Of a DNA stretch of 64,000 nucleotides, positions 17,150 through 28,100 are shown one piece after another. The translations under genes were made by a program, and so were the position numbers. Below the pieces are notes generated by a model. That model had not been told where the DNA came from, ran no database searches, and saw nothing but the letters and a program-made list of their open reading frames with translations. Location of the stretch: positions 1 through 64,000 of the IMG/VR virus record IMGVR_UViG_3300010389_000004; one strand, written 5' to 3'. Every line of letters begins with the position of its first letter. Positions within the stretch are counted from its first letter, which is position 1. The stretch comes from a virus.

Positions 17150-20100
17150 TACAGTGTTCCCAGCGGAGTCAGCTTGATCGGACTAGAGTACGAGGATCCT
17201 ACACGATACCCCACGGTCGTGGTCTGCCCATTGTAGTGCATGGCACTCACAATCAACAGATCCCCCGCAACAAGCCCGCGAGCGGACAACCCCAGGCTGT
17301 ATGGAGTCCCCAACACGAGCTGCCCACTGAGCGTAGTCTGAAGTTGGGTAGCGCAGTTGGTGAACATCACCTTCTGAGTATTGAACACCATCAAACTACC
17401 GTCGTCCTCAAAGTCAACCTCACCGGTGTTGAAGTTGACCTTCATTCGAGGCATTGAGAAGTTGTAGGCGTCTGAGCGCACCCCGAACGTGGACGGCCCG
17501 CCACGGTTGGAGATAGCGAGCGTCGAGTTGGCTTGCCCTTGTTCTCGGTAGTCGTAGAACGTGTTGAACACGCGCACTTGAGAAGCGCCCGACACTCCCG
17601 TGAAGTGCAGATCAACATAAGACAGCTTCGCGGAGGACATGATCCGTGAGCCCTTACCCAATGAGCCGAGACGGTAGACCACACCCTCCTGAGCATCGTG
17701 GATAGTCGTTGATCCGATGTCGCCCACGATGTGAACCGTCTTCACCCCGCCAACGGTATCGACCTCATCCAAACCGTCGACCGGAAACATGATCGTGTTG
17801 CCGTTCAACACCGCTTGGATGTCATCAGACCCCACCAACTGATCTCGCGTCGCTGCGGTAGGAACTCGCACGGATACCAGCTCGTCCGATGCGTTGCGCC
17901 ACTGGACAAGGCAGTACGCGGACAAACGTGACACGACCGAGGACACATCGTAGGTATCCACCGTCGCTGCCGACTGTGTGCCCAAACCAAGAGCAGGGCC
18001 ACTGTCTCCGATCACTTCGAATTGCGTGGAAGCTGTCCAGGTTCCGGGAGTGGTGATTTCGAGTGTGTCGAAATCCGTGAATTGGAACGTCGGCATTTCC
18101 TCGACCGCATCCAGGTCAGGGCGCTTCCAGAATTCAGGAAGACCGTCGACGTTCAATTTGAAATTACACCGAACGGTGTAAGCGGGATTCACCCCGTCGT
18201 CCACAGTCCCTTCAAGCTCGAAGGCCGAGTCTGAGGAGGACAACATGCTCCGAACGTCTAGCACAGGCAGTGTGCGGCCTGCTAGGGGCATCTGGAGAGC
18301 CTGCATATCCCCGAACATGTCAGATGCGGCCGCCCAGTTCGCCTGAGCAACCCCGGATTCATCGTAGAGGGTGATATCCGAAAGAGACGCCGGCGGCGTG
18401 GTCATACCTGACGGGTCGTAGAAATCTGCCAGGTTCACGAAATACCAGAAGGGCCATCCGACGAGATACCCTTGAATCAGGTACGTCGGTGAAGTCGCTA
18501 CGTCCGGCACCAACTGCTGGCCGCCTTTGGCATAGAGCGACGTCGCTCTATCCCACAGAGGTATCTGCCGAATGATGACGTTCGCGTCAGTAACGCCAGC
18601 CAGGACGACGTACTGATCGTCAGCGCCGTATTTGTGGAACAGGCGCTTGGTTGTCAGATCAACGACGCTCTCGATATTGATTGTCCCGCCCACCACAGCC
18701 AACGCAGGCTCGATCTCCAGCATTCCTTTCTTGCCGGCAACGATCAGGCTCTCGAATTTCTCACCCGTTGAGTAGAGGCTATTACTGAACGTGAGCGTCG
18801 CCGTGCCACCCGTTGAGAAAGGCATATAGGCATAATTGTTGCTGGTCGTGTTTTGCTTACAGGTCAGCAGACGATCAAGGCGCGAGTGGTAACACAGACC
18901 CCCAAGAGCTGAACCCATGCCGTGAGAGCCGAGAGATACCGCGTCGGGAGTAACCAGGTCAATTCGACGCAGGTCTCCTACCGTGTTCTGCACACCGTAC
19001 ACCTCGTTGGTATTCGGGTTGTACGCAAGATCTCGAATCGGAGCGCCGAGGTTGCCGAGGTTCGTAGCAGACCCGCCGTCGAGGTCAATCTCGTACAGGT
19101 CATTAGCACTTGAAACAGTGTAGAACCTGGCGTTGGCTGCGTGATAGCACAGACCACGCAAGCTCAAAAAAGAGGGAGAGTACAACAGCGTGCAAACGCC
19201 TGTGAGCTTATTTACCTCCCAAAACTCAGAGCCGCTGGCGCCACCCGTCACCATCACCAGACGCTCGTTCACACTGTCGTAGGTAAGCCCGTATGAGTAC
19301 AAGGTGGTATCCGTCATGGCGGCAATAAAGGTAGCTGCGCCAGTGAGAGGATCCATCGTGAACAGTTCATGGCCGCCTACGACAAGCTCCACGCCGTACA
19401 CCACGTCTGCCGAGGAATCGTAGGCCATCCCCGAAAACCACAGGTCATCAGACCCGTCATTGATAACCGCAACTCCCGTCGCCGGCACCAGGTCGACATC
19501 CGGGTTGGGTTGGGTGATGTTCGCCACCGCGATCGCCAGGTCACTGCCGGCGTACTGGTTGAAGGCGGCGTAGTCCTTCGAGCGCACCTTGGCGAAGACG
19601 TAGGTGTTGGTATTGCTATCCCACCGGTAGGAATAGGTCTGCCGGCGAGTTACCTCGACGCCCCCGCCCGACATGAAGTCCACCACGAACACGCCTGTCC
19701 TCTTACGCGAGAGAACGTCGAGCAACCAGCTCGTGGCGGTAGGGTTGAAGTCCACAGCGGACACTGCCGGCAACTGCGCCCCGTCTCCTCCGCGCAAACG
19801 GATTTCAGAAGCTGGCGGGTCGTTATCCCACTGAAACGAATTCGGGGCGGAGTAGACGATGTTGGGAATATCCGCGTCGTCGTAGGTCGGCAGATCAAGA
19901 GGAACTGCCAGAGGGGTATTCACGCGAAATGCGAAAACGTAGTCCTTGTAGTTCGGGTCATTGGCGACAGAACGAAGGCGCACGCGGATCTTGTAGAAGT
20001 AGTTCTCATCGGGGCGCGTCAACGTAAGCGAGCCCGTGCTGGAAATAGGCTGCTGATTCACAGCCTGCACCCTCGGTGTGCTCACACCTTCAGCAGCACC

Positions 20101-20298
20101 GTCCTCCCACATCGAGATTATCTGAGCGCCACCAAAGCTGCGGATGCCGGCGTCGTTTCTCCAGAACGGGAGAATGGACACGGGGATGTTCACCGCCGCG
20201 GACAGACCATCAACCACAATTACGCGGACGTTCTGAGGGTCGGTGAGATCCACAAACCCCTCAGGGTTGTTTACGCCTTCGCCAGGGTTCGTAGACAT
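17149..20298 (-). CDS. Large tail-associated protein with internal beta-propeller
   Basis: Start at ATG 20298 (TAATG overlap); blade repeats GMAYDS, GLTYDS, GLCYHA, DLAYNP, GLCYHS. Confidence 0.7.
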   Translation of the reverse strand: MSTNPGEGVNNPEGFVDLTDPQNVRVIVVDGLSAAVNIPVSILPFWRNDAGIRSFGGAQIISMWEDGAAEGVSTPRVQAVNQQPISSTGSLTLTRPDENYFYKIRVRLRSVANDPNYKDYVFAFRVNTPLAVPLDLPTYDDADIPNIVYSAPNSFQWDNDPPASEIRLRGGDGAQLPAVSAVDFNPTATSWLLDVLSRKRTGVFVVDFMSGGGVEVTRRQTYSYRWDSNTNTYVFAKVRSKDYAAFNQYAGSDLAIAVANITQPNPDVDLVPATGVAVINDGSDDLWFSGMAYDSSADVVYGVELVVGGHELFTMDPLTGAATFIAAMTDTTLYSYGLTYDSVNERLVMVTGGASGSEFWEVNKLTGVCTLLYSPSFLSLRGLCYHAANARFYTVSSANDLYEIDLDGGSATNLGNLGAPIRDLAYNPNTNEVYGVQNTVGDLRRIDLVTPDAVSLGSHGMGSALGGLCYHSRLDRLLTCKQNTTSNNYAYMPFSTGGTATLTFSNSLYSTGEKFESLIVAGKKGMLEIEPALAVVGGTINIESVVDLTTKRLFHKYGADDQYVVLAGVTDANVIIRQIPLWDRATSLYAKGGQQLVPDVATSPTYLIQGYLVGWPFWYFVNLADFYDPSGMTTPPASLSDITLYDESGVAQANWAAASDMFGDMQALQMPLAGRTLPVLDVRSMLSSSDSAFELEGTVDDGVNPAYTVRCNFKLNVDGLPEFWKRPDLDAVEEMPTFQFTDFDTLEITTPGTWTASTQFEVIGDSGPALGLGTQSAATVDTYDVSSVVSRLSAYCLVQWRNASDELVSVRVPTAATRDQLVGSDDIQAVLNGNTIMFPVDGLDEVDTVGGVKTVHIVGDIGSTTIHDAQEGVVYRLGSLGKGSRIMSSAKLSYVDLHFTGVSGASQVRVFNTFYDYREQGQANSTLAISNRGGPSTFGVRSDAYNFSMPRMKVNFNTGEVDFEDDGSLMVFNTQKVMFTNCATQLQTTLSGQLVLGTPYSLGLSARGLVAGDLLIVSAMHYNGQTTTVGYRVGSSYSSPIKLTPLGTL

Positions 20299-21740
20299 TA
20301 CAACACCACCTCTACCTTGTAGACATTCGACAACCGTGCGGAGTATGGCAGATGAATACCAAAAGGAGCACCCCCGACCAGAGTGTCGATCGTGCCTGCT
20401 GGGGCACACACCACCTGGACAGCCCAGATATCGGAAGCGCTTAGAAGTCCGCTAGGCTTCAAAAAGAAACTCACCTCGGTCGCGGAGACAGGCGCGGTAA
20501 AGACAAACCCCGACGTCGGCGCGGTTCGCCAGATTGACCCGTCCCACATCTCTGCTTTCGCGGGCGAGGTATCGTTCACCGCAGTGAGCAGGTGGGTAAA
20601 TACCGACGGCGATGTCTTGTAATGGATCTGAGCGCCTTGGTTTGTCGTGGGGGTATCCCACAGCGCTTCCTCGCCGGCGATGACGATGTATTCGAAATCC
20701 CCTCCACGCAAACCCTGGGGGATAGACACTGTGAACTCAACCGAAGTAGGCGACCCTGCGCCGAGCGATACCTGGTCGGTATCTGCCGTCAAAAGACACT
20801 CGCCCTCAAAGATAGCAATACCCTGATTAGCTCCAGATACTACGGTCGGGAGGTCGTAAGGGTCAGCAGTGGCGTACAAGGTGTCGAGCTGTCCTTTGGT
20901 CTCGCCCGGAGCTGCGCCCACCGTGATATCGGCTATCTGCACTTGCTGTTCCAAGTGCCACTTGTAATCGCCCCCGTCAGCTACAGCTACCCACGTCCCC
21001 AGTCCTGCTATCAACACCTCGTCTTCTGACAACGCGGCGGGGATAGCAGGGTATGGGGCGGGCGTGAAAGGATCTGAAACAGCGGGCTCTTCCAGAACAG
21101 GGTCGGGGTCTCCAGTCTCGTGGTTGTAGAAACCGTACCCTTCAGCATTGCCGGGTAGAAATTCCTGGTGGACGTCGTGCTCACACCCTTCCAGCCCCTC
21201 CGCTTCAAGCACGGAACTCACCTGCATGTCAGGGTCAAGAAGCTGCGGGCTTGGGAACCCGTCGATACAGCAGGTGAATGGGTGGACGCTGCTCATGAAC
21301 CGGTCTTGCGGGTAAATGACTGCCCCTGACAAGCCTTCAGCAACCCAGAAGTAGTAACTGCTGGTGTGAGACTTCCCGCGGTTACGCGCAATGATGTCAA
21401 TTCGAAAGCACTGGGGTGTGTAGTAGTTCGGGATAACTGTCGGGAAGCCAAGGTTGGGGCCGCCGAGAGCACCTTTGATAAACCACTGGTATCCAGAACC
21501 TCGCTCGAAGTTGAGGGGTTTGGTTTCAGCGTCTTGGTCGTCCAACACTCGCGTGATGTACCCGTCTACTGAGTTGGTATGGCTGTTCCCCACCACTACG
21601 AGAGTTACCCCCAAGCCCAGGAGCATAGGGTTATGCGGAGACATACCCGCTGCTGCATCACCGAGCGTGAGAAAACGTCGATCGTTGAACCCTTTGCGAA
21701 CGACCAGGTGCTCTGCGCGAAGTGTGGTAGGACTACTCAC
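20298..21740 (-). CDS. Putative tail structural protein
   Basis: GTG start at 21740 with GAGGAGG-rich SD, overlapping the upstream stop. Confidence 0.65.
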   Translation of the reverse strand: MSSPTTLRAEHLVVRKGFNDRRFLTLGDAAAGMSPHNPMLLGLGVTLVVVGNSHTNSVDGYITRVLDDQDAETKPLNFERGSGYQWFIKGALGGPNLGFPTVIPNYYTPQCFRIDIIARNRGKSHTSSYYFWVAEGLSGAVIYPQDRFMSSVHPFTCCIDGFPSPQLLDPDMQVSSVLEAEGLEGCEHDVHQEFLPGNAEGYGFYNHETGDPDPVLEEPAVSDPFTPAPYPAIPAALSEDEVLIAGLGTWVAVADGGDYKWHLEQQVQIADITVGAAPGETKGQLDTLYATADPYDLPTVVSGANQGIAIFEGECLLTADTDQVSLGAGSPTSVEFTVSIPQGLRGGDFEYIVIAGEEALWDTPTTNQGAQIHYKTSPSVFTHLLTAVNDTSPAKAEMWDGSIWRTAPTSGFVFTAPVSATEVSFFLKPSGLLSASDIWAVQVVCAPAGTIDTLVGGAPFGIHLPYSARLSNVYKVEVVL

Positions 21741-22578
21741 CCTCTTCCTCCTCTTCTTCCGGCAATTCCGGCAATTCCGGCGGAGTCTCTGGGGCGTCGC
21801 CGTCAACGCAGGGGTTTGTCTCCCCATCCCACGGGTTGAATCCTGGGAGAAGGCTCCAGGGGTTTGAGAAGGCGTAGTCCAAGCTCGTGGAGAAATCACG
21901 GAAGAACATCAGACCGCCGTGGAAGTTATCAGACCACTGGAGGTAAGCGGCAATATCGCCAAGGGCGGCAAGAGCATTGGTGGGATCCAAGGCCATCATG
22001 ATGAAGGCTTCTGACGTCTCAGGGTCATAGCCCAAGACGTTGATATGCCGCCAGATGCGCACACGGTTTCGCTGGAACTGGCGGAACATGGTGTAGTCGT
22101 CCGTGTTCTCAGTAGGCGAGCCGAGCACAACGGTACTCTCTTCTCTCACACGGACGATGACGTCCTGGTTGGAGGTGCGACGAATATTTCGAGTAGTCAC
22201 CTTGATGCGGAACTCGACGCCGGCGAGATAATCGCTATCTGATACCCCGCTGAACCCGAGAGTGTCTTCATCTCCGATAACCGCCTGTGCGACGTACCTA
22301 CGCGAGCCGACAGACTCAAACCAGTCCGTGATGTCCTTTGACTGCCCCGTAGCGGGGTAGCTCAGGGTGACGGAGAACGTCCTGGCGTGCGCATTGAGAT
22401 CCAGAAAGATCGTGATTCCCAAACCACGGTAGAGTGAATTCTTGCTGGCAACCAAATCCCCATGCCCGCCATCGTTCATGGTGAGGAACTGCTGCTGTCC
22501 ACGACCAAAAGCCCTTGGCGGGCGCTCAGCCCACCAAGGCGGTGTGAAGTTCACGAGATTGGCGGAGTGTGGTTGCAT
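21733..22578 (-). CDS. Putative tail structural protein with acidic/Pro tail
   Basis: Tightly packed in the tail operon. Confidence 0.65.
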   Translation of the reverse strand: MQPHSANLVNFTPPWWAERPPRAFGRGQQQFLTMNDGGHGDLVASKNSLYRGLGITIFLDLNAHARTFSVTLSYPATGQSKDITDWFESVGSRRYVAQAVIGDEDTLGFSGVSDSDYLAGVEFRIKVTTRNIRRTSNQDVIVRVREESTVVLGSPTENTDDYTMFRQFQRNRVRIWRHINVLGYDPETSEAFIMMALDPTNALAALGDIAAYLQWSDNFHGGLMFFRDFSTSLDYAFSNPWSLLPGFNPWDGETNPCVDGDAPETPPELPELPEEEEEEGE

Positions 22579-22579
22579 C

Positions 22580-23263
22580 CTACTCGTTTACGTTGAACAG
22601 ACCAGATTCAGTTGGAAGCTCAGACCCACCTACGGCGAACAAGCTCGCTTGTGGGGGATCCTCTACGCGCACCTTCAGATGAATTTCAAATTGGTTCACA
22701 GCCCAATGGCTGTGCGCCATCTGTTGTCGGCGGGTGTCCTTATCCCCCACGCGAGCTAACGCCTGCAACCCACGCTTGTACTCCGGCTTCCAGACATCGC
22801 CGCCCACAGTGATCTTGATGATGTCTACGGCGTAGGCTTTCTGCGTGCGGTCAAACGGACGCCAGATCAGGTATTCTCCATTATCCCAGTCAGGGTCATT
22901 CAACCACATGCGTTCAATATCCAGGATGAACTCCCACTCCGCCGCCAGCCCACCTTCTGGACGGAAGCTCTCGATGATCACCGTGTCATCAAGAACGCGA
23001 TCGAACTTATGCACGAAGTTCGATCGCTGAGTCTTCATCTGAGCGATATCCCTACCAGCGTGAACGTCACTCATGAAGAAGTCGGTCTCTTCAGGGAGGT
23101 ACGGGTAGACCACCAGCCTCTGAGAAGGGTTCGCCAAACCTGAGTGGTAGAGCAGTCGAGACCCAGAAACCGCAGGGCAAAACGGGTCGTAGTATCCCCC
23201 CATGTAAGGCGGGACACCATACGGCCCGAAGCGGTCAAAGAGGTTCCCAAAGGTCTTCGGCAT
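22580..23263 (-). CDS. Putative distal tail (Dit-like) protein
   Basis: Size, position downstream of the tape measure, alpha/beta pattern; function is inference. Confidence 0.45.
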   Translation of the reverse strand: MPKTFGNLFDRFGPYGVPPYMGGYYDPFCPAVSGSRLLYHSGLANPSQRLVVYPYLPEETDFFMSDVHAGRDIAQMKTQRSNFVHKFDRVLDDTVIIESFRPEGGLAAEWEFILDIERMWLNDPDWDNGEYLIWRPFDRTQKAYAVDIIKITVGGDVWKPEYKRGLQALARVGDKDTRRQQMAHSHWAVNQFEIHLKVRVEDPPQASLFAVGGSELPTESGLFNVNE

Positions 23264-23266
23264 CTC

Positions 23267-24601
23267 TTACTCCGGGTGCATCGTGGACTGGATCGGGTTG
23301 CCGCTGTTGTCGATCGTGGTCGAGAGGTCAAACGCTTCCACGCGGTTGGTGGTGTTGGTGACGTCAGCCTCTGCGGTCGAAAGGTTTCGCTGGTCTTTCG
23401 GGAAAGTGTTGATGGCATAGGAGGAAGGCTGTCCTGTCGCCAAGTCTTCCAACACCATCCGCAGGTTGTGGCCCGAGAGCGCCAGCGCTCGATCGAGCAT
23501 GTCCAAGTCAACCCCTTGAGAAGTGGTATCGAAAATGTCGATGTCCGCCTTCTCCTTGTAGACCAGTGAGAACGCCGTCGTGCGGCCGTCACTCACACGG
23601 CGCAAACCGATGATGTAGAACTCGTCCTCATTTGGCAGCACCGTACCGTCAATGAGGAAAGTTGGGACACCTCCTTGGTCAATGAAATTCGGGTTCCCGT
23701 CGATCTCATAGGTGGCGTCGTAAGTGATATCCCATTCCAGGTCTGAATCTGGGAAAGCATGGTAGTAGAGCGTGGACGAGGAGATCGCGTACATGCGATC
23801 GGCCGTCGGATTCACCGCAGCACTCTGGTAGGTGTTCGACACCGAAGCCAAAACGGTCGCGCCACCAGTGTTCGGGTTGATCTCATAGAGTTGCTGAGTA
23901 ACGGTGTTGTCGCCCACCCCGAAGAGCTTTCGGCGGGTTGGGTCGAAGGCAAGGCCGCGGACGTCGAATGACCCGCCGAAAGCACCGACAAGCGAAGCTA
24001 CCCCTGTCGCTAGATCAACGACGTACAGGTTGCTTCCCGTCGACCCGTACACCGTCCCTGTCAACGGGTCTCGCGTGAGAGACTCCATACCACTGACGCC
24101 CAACGCCCCCACCACTGTGCCGGCTACAGGCCCCGCGCCGGCGAGTACGGAGACAGGGTAGTAGATCAGATTGTTGGTGGCGCTATCGACGCAGTACAGG
24201 CGGTTAGAGGTAGGTTCGAAAACCAATGCCGCGACGGTGTTGGAAGTTCCCACCGAGTTCACCGTAGCACCCGAAGCTTCATTGATCTCGTACAACGTCG
24301 GCCCCGCCGAGTTGCACCCGAAGATTCGAGAGCCTGTGTCATCCCAGTCGATATCGGTATTTGCTGAGCAAGACCCAATACTGGTAGCGGAGGAACTAGG
24401 TAAGACGATGGTCGCCTGCTGGTCAGCAGAGAAAGAGAAGTAGGCGCCGTTGGCTGTGGCAGAAGGGTCAAGTCGAGCAACCCCCACTTGGTAAGTCGCC
24501 GTCGGTACGAACTCCGCAACCGCACGACCCGGAAAGATTCGGATCGCGCTGAGATCCCTCACAGGGACCACCTGCATATCAGGCAAGTTGTTGTGCGGCA
24601 T
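23267..24601 (-). CDS. Virion protein with beta-propeller insertion
   Basis: Blades DIDWDD, ALVFEP, SLTRDP, GLAFDP, SAAVNP; C-terminal LSGHN domain. Confidence 0.7.
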   Translation of the reverse strand: MPHNNLPDMQVVPVRDLSAIRIFPGRAVAEFVPTATYQVGVARLDPSATANGAYFSFSADQQATIVLPSSSATSIGSCSANTDIDWDDTGSRIFGCNSAGPTLYEINEASGATVNSVGTSNTVAALVFEPTSNRLYCVDSATNNLIYYPVSVLAGAGPVAGTVVGALGVSGMESLTRDPLTGTVYGSTGSNLYVVDLATGVASLVGAFGGSFDVRGLAFDPTRRKLFGVGDNTVTQQLYEINPNTGGATVLASVSNTYQSAAVNPTADRMYAISSSTLYYHAFPDSDLEWDITYDATYEIDGNPNFIDQGGVPTFLIDGTVLPNEDEFYIIGLRRVSDGRTTAFSLVYKEKADIDIFDTTSQGVDLDMLDRALALSGHNLRMVLEDLATGQPSSYAINTFPKDQRNLSTAEADVTNTTNRVEAFDLSTTIDNSGNPIQSTMHPE

Positions 24602-24610
24602 TGGGTTCTC

Positions 24611-25183
24611 CTACTGTTCCGCTGCGGACACTTCACCCGACACACGTTGGGTAGCATCCAAGAATTTCTTCTGGCGGTACCGAGCGATTACCGAAGACCC
24701 GCTGTTGTCAGGATCTCCGTCGTACACCTCGATCAAGACTTCAGTGGGAACACCAAACTCTTGGCTGACGATCGTGACCTTCTGGTTGTGCCCTTGCAGA
24801 CCAGCAATGCGAGTGATCGCGTCGTTGATCGCGGCGATGTTGGTGGGGCCGACTGTCCCGAAGGTCGCGTCGAACACTACGAAGTACCACTCAGAACGGA
24901 GTTGCGCGGCCGCATTCCAGATCCGCACACGGTAGAGCTTCCCCGTCGCGTAGGAGCTGTCCAACTCGACCTTGATCGCATTACCCTCAGTACCGGAATC
25001 GACTGAGGAGTCGGAGTCCACGATCGCTGAGTCAGTGACGTTGTAGATCTCCCAAGACCAGGTGGTAGTCCCGCCTGCTCCCTCAGTGGGGTCTGGGAAG
25101 AAAACCAAAACGGCTTTCCCCAGTTGGTAGGTGTTCGGTTTGGCAACCTCCAGGGCGCCGCCGTACCCTCGTGCGTGCAACAT
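24611..25183 (-). CDS. Virion protein, probable short paralog of 23267-24601
   Basis: PNTYQLG vs PTATYQVG; RIAGLQGHN vs RALALSGHN. Confidence 0.65.
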   Translation of the reverse strand: MLHARGYGGALEVAKPNTYQLGKAVLVFFPDPTEGAGGTTTWSWEIYNVTDSAIVDSDSSVDSGTEGNAIKVELDSSYATGKLYRVRIWNAAAQLRSEWYFVVFDATFGTVGPTNIAAINDAITRIAGLQGHNQKVTIVSQEFGVPTEVLIEVYDGDPDNSGSSVIARYRQKKFLDATQRVSGEVSAAEQ

Positions 25184-25191
25184 GTAGTCTC

Positions 25192-28100
25192 CTATGGACG
25201 TGCGGTAGCTGGGGCTACTCCCAGACCAGACCCCGTGTGTCGGCGCAGGATATCTATGATTATATCAGCCCGCTCCACAATAGGACGATTCGCCTGGTGG
25301 AGGGTTTCAGCCACTTCCTTGATAGCTACGGTAGTGGACCCTGAAATCACACCTCGAATTTCTTCGGTGGATTCGATCGCAGAGTCAACCGACTCGTGGA
25401 CAGCACTGGCTGATGATTGCAGACGGCTGAGGAGGAATGATCCCAACGCCATGATCCCCACAGACAGCGTACTCATCGTCTCACCAAACGCACTGGTCAG
25501 CGAGTCCTTCAAACGAGTCTGCAAGCTAGCTGTGAACTCCTGCGTGAGCTGGTTACTGACATCGGTGAAGATCTTCTTGCCAATGCCGGCGGCGTAATGC
25601 ATCCACGCATTGAATCGAACACCGGCGGCATGAGCTTCTTTTCGAGCTTCGTGCATCCCTTCTACCAACGAGCCGTCGATCATTCCCGACAATGTGTCTT
25701 GTAGCGCCGAGCCCACAGACTTGACGATGTAGGAGTCAACCACAGGGGCAACATTGATCTTGTTCCCCATCTCCTGGATGCGTTTCTCCAACGCTGCACG
25801 AATGCGGTCAAACTCCTCGGGTGACATATTGTCGAAATTCAAGTCGCCCACAGGGACTTCGAAGCCTGCTTTGTTTGCCGCGTCAACAAACAGCGCTCGG
25901 GCGTCGATACTCTCCCCCGCTTTTGCTGCTTCAGCGGCTTGATCTTGTACCTCAGCCATGAGGTTGGAGAGCATTTGGGATTGCTCATACACAAACTCCT
26001 TGCTCTCGCGGGAGTCGAACTTGAACATCGCCAGATCCTTGGGACCAAGACCCAACGACTCGCGCTGTTGCTCGAAAATCCCCTTGCGTTTGAACTTCTC
26101 AACCTCACGCTGGGTCTTTGCCTCAGCCGCTTTGATTGCAGCTTCCCGGCGAGCGTGCATGATCGCCCGCTCTCGGAGCTTTTCGATGTTCGTGTACGAC
26201 TCAACCTCTGCGTCAAGCATCCCTGCTTGCTTCGCCATGAGGGTGATGACTTCCTTGTAGTACGATGTGCCACGGTACTGGTCGAGCTTCTCCAACGCCC
26301 CGCCCAGCGCAGCCTGCAAAACGGACGCCGGTGTGCCGACCTCATTTGCACTGATGCCGATAGCAGTGAGCACGTCGGCGCCGACCTCCTTTCGGGCGGC
26401 AAAGTGCTTCTTGGTATTCTCCAGGACGCGCTCGTACACGCGGATGGATTTATCCGTCAACACATCGGTGAGTTCAAGACCAACTCCTCTTTCACCCAAC
26501 ACATTGACAAAGATACTGTTCATTAGCTTCGTGACACGGTTCAGCTGCGCAGTACGGGATTTCGCAGAGGCCATGTCATCCTCTACCAAGGCCGTCTGTG
26601 CCATCTCTTGCCATCGCTGGCGCTCCGCAGCAAGCATCTCAAGCATCGTTATGATTACTGTCGATGTTCCTGCGTCCCGCACGACCCCAATACGATCTTT
26701 GGTTCTGGACGCCTCTTCAGGGTCTTTGAAGAGTTTCTGCAAAAGATCTTCTCGCTCAGAACGAGTGCTTCGCTCTACTGCTGAAATACGGTCATACTCG
26801 TCAACAATCCCTGCGAGCACCGAACGAGCCTCTTTACCTTTCATTGAGATGTTGAATATGCGCAGAGCCAACGACTGAGAGTTTTTGGCCTGTTCCTTAG
26901 CTCGTCGATTAGCGTCTTCCAAGGAGTCGCTGAATGCTGAAGTCTCGTCTGACGCACGTTTGATGAGATCCCCGTACTCCGACCAAATTTCTTTAGCGTT
27001 CGCACCAAGATCGTCTAGGAGGCTCGACACTTCTGGAGCTTCGTCTCTCATAATGGTCAGCGACTGATCCCAAGAATCTTCAATGTCCCGTGCCAGTTGC
27101 TGGTTACTCTCTGCGAAACGTTCCGCTAAGGCTTGCATCTCGCGGCGCTCGCCGAGGTCTGCATCATCAAAGTACCCTGTGCCGGCGGCGGCCAGGAACA
27201 TAGCCTTAATCATTTCGGATAGATCCGACGTGACCAGATCCAGCTTGGCTTTTTCCTCTTCAATCTTTTTGGTCAAGATATCCGAGCGTCTGAACAACTG
27301 GTTGGCGTCAAAGCTGGTTACTTTTAGCATCCCCTCAATGTACTCATCCCGAGAGGCTTTCTCCTCCAACTGCCTCTCAGCCTTAGCTAAGTCGATCTTG
27401 GCGAACGTGTCATCAAGCGTAGGTGCTACACCGTATTTCTCTTGCATCAAGGCCGACAGCTCAACATCTTCTTGGAGCTGTTTGATCTTTTCTCGCAGAG
27501 TCTTGTCAGTCCTATCCCAGTCTGCCCCAAACTCACCTCGAAGCTCATCGTACTCCGCCAGTGGACCGGACTTCAGATCGGACAACTCTTGCTCAAGTTG
27601 GGCTATACTAGCGCGAACCGCTTCAGCTTTGGCCTCTAGCTCTCCAGATGCAGATGCATCGAGTACGTATTTCAGGTTCTCATCTAGATTAGCTTGCAAC
27701 GCTTGAACCTTAGCTCGCGCCTCCTCAAACGAACGCTTCTCCAACCTAACGATGTTTTCGATAGGCAACTTGGAATCAGAACGCAGCTCATCGGAGAAAT
27801 CACGGCTCTTTTGCAGAACGCCTTCAGAGAATAGTTGGACAACCTCTTGCTTGAATTTGTCGGGGTCTATATTCGCGTCCCGGAGCTTGCTCAACAGATC
27901 TTCGTCAGTTACGCCTTCAGAAGACATGTACTTAGCAGCTCTCGATTTAAGTATGCGTTCGCGAGCTTCACGCATGTTCCGGTCTTCAACCTCTGACTGG
28001 ACTTCATAGAGCGCCTCTAGATCTTTCTGCGCTTCCTTACGGCGAATCTCAAAGTAGTGCGAATAGCTGCGACCCTCTGAGGTTGGGTTCATCTTCTCCT

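Noticed and set aside
21733-21899. Second programmed frameshift suggested by a 167-nt ORF overlap
   Set aside because: A GTG start at 21740 with strong SD explains the junction as normal coupling
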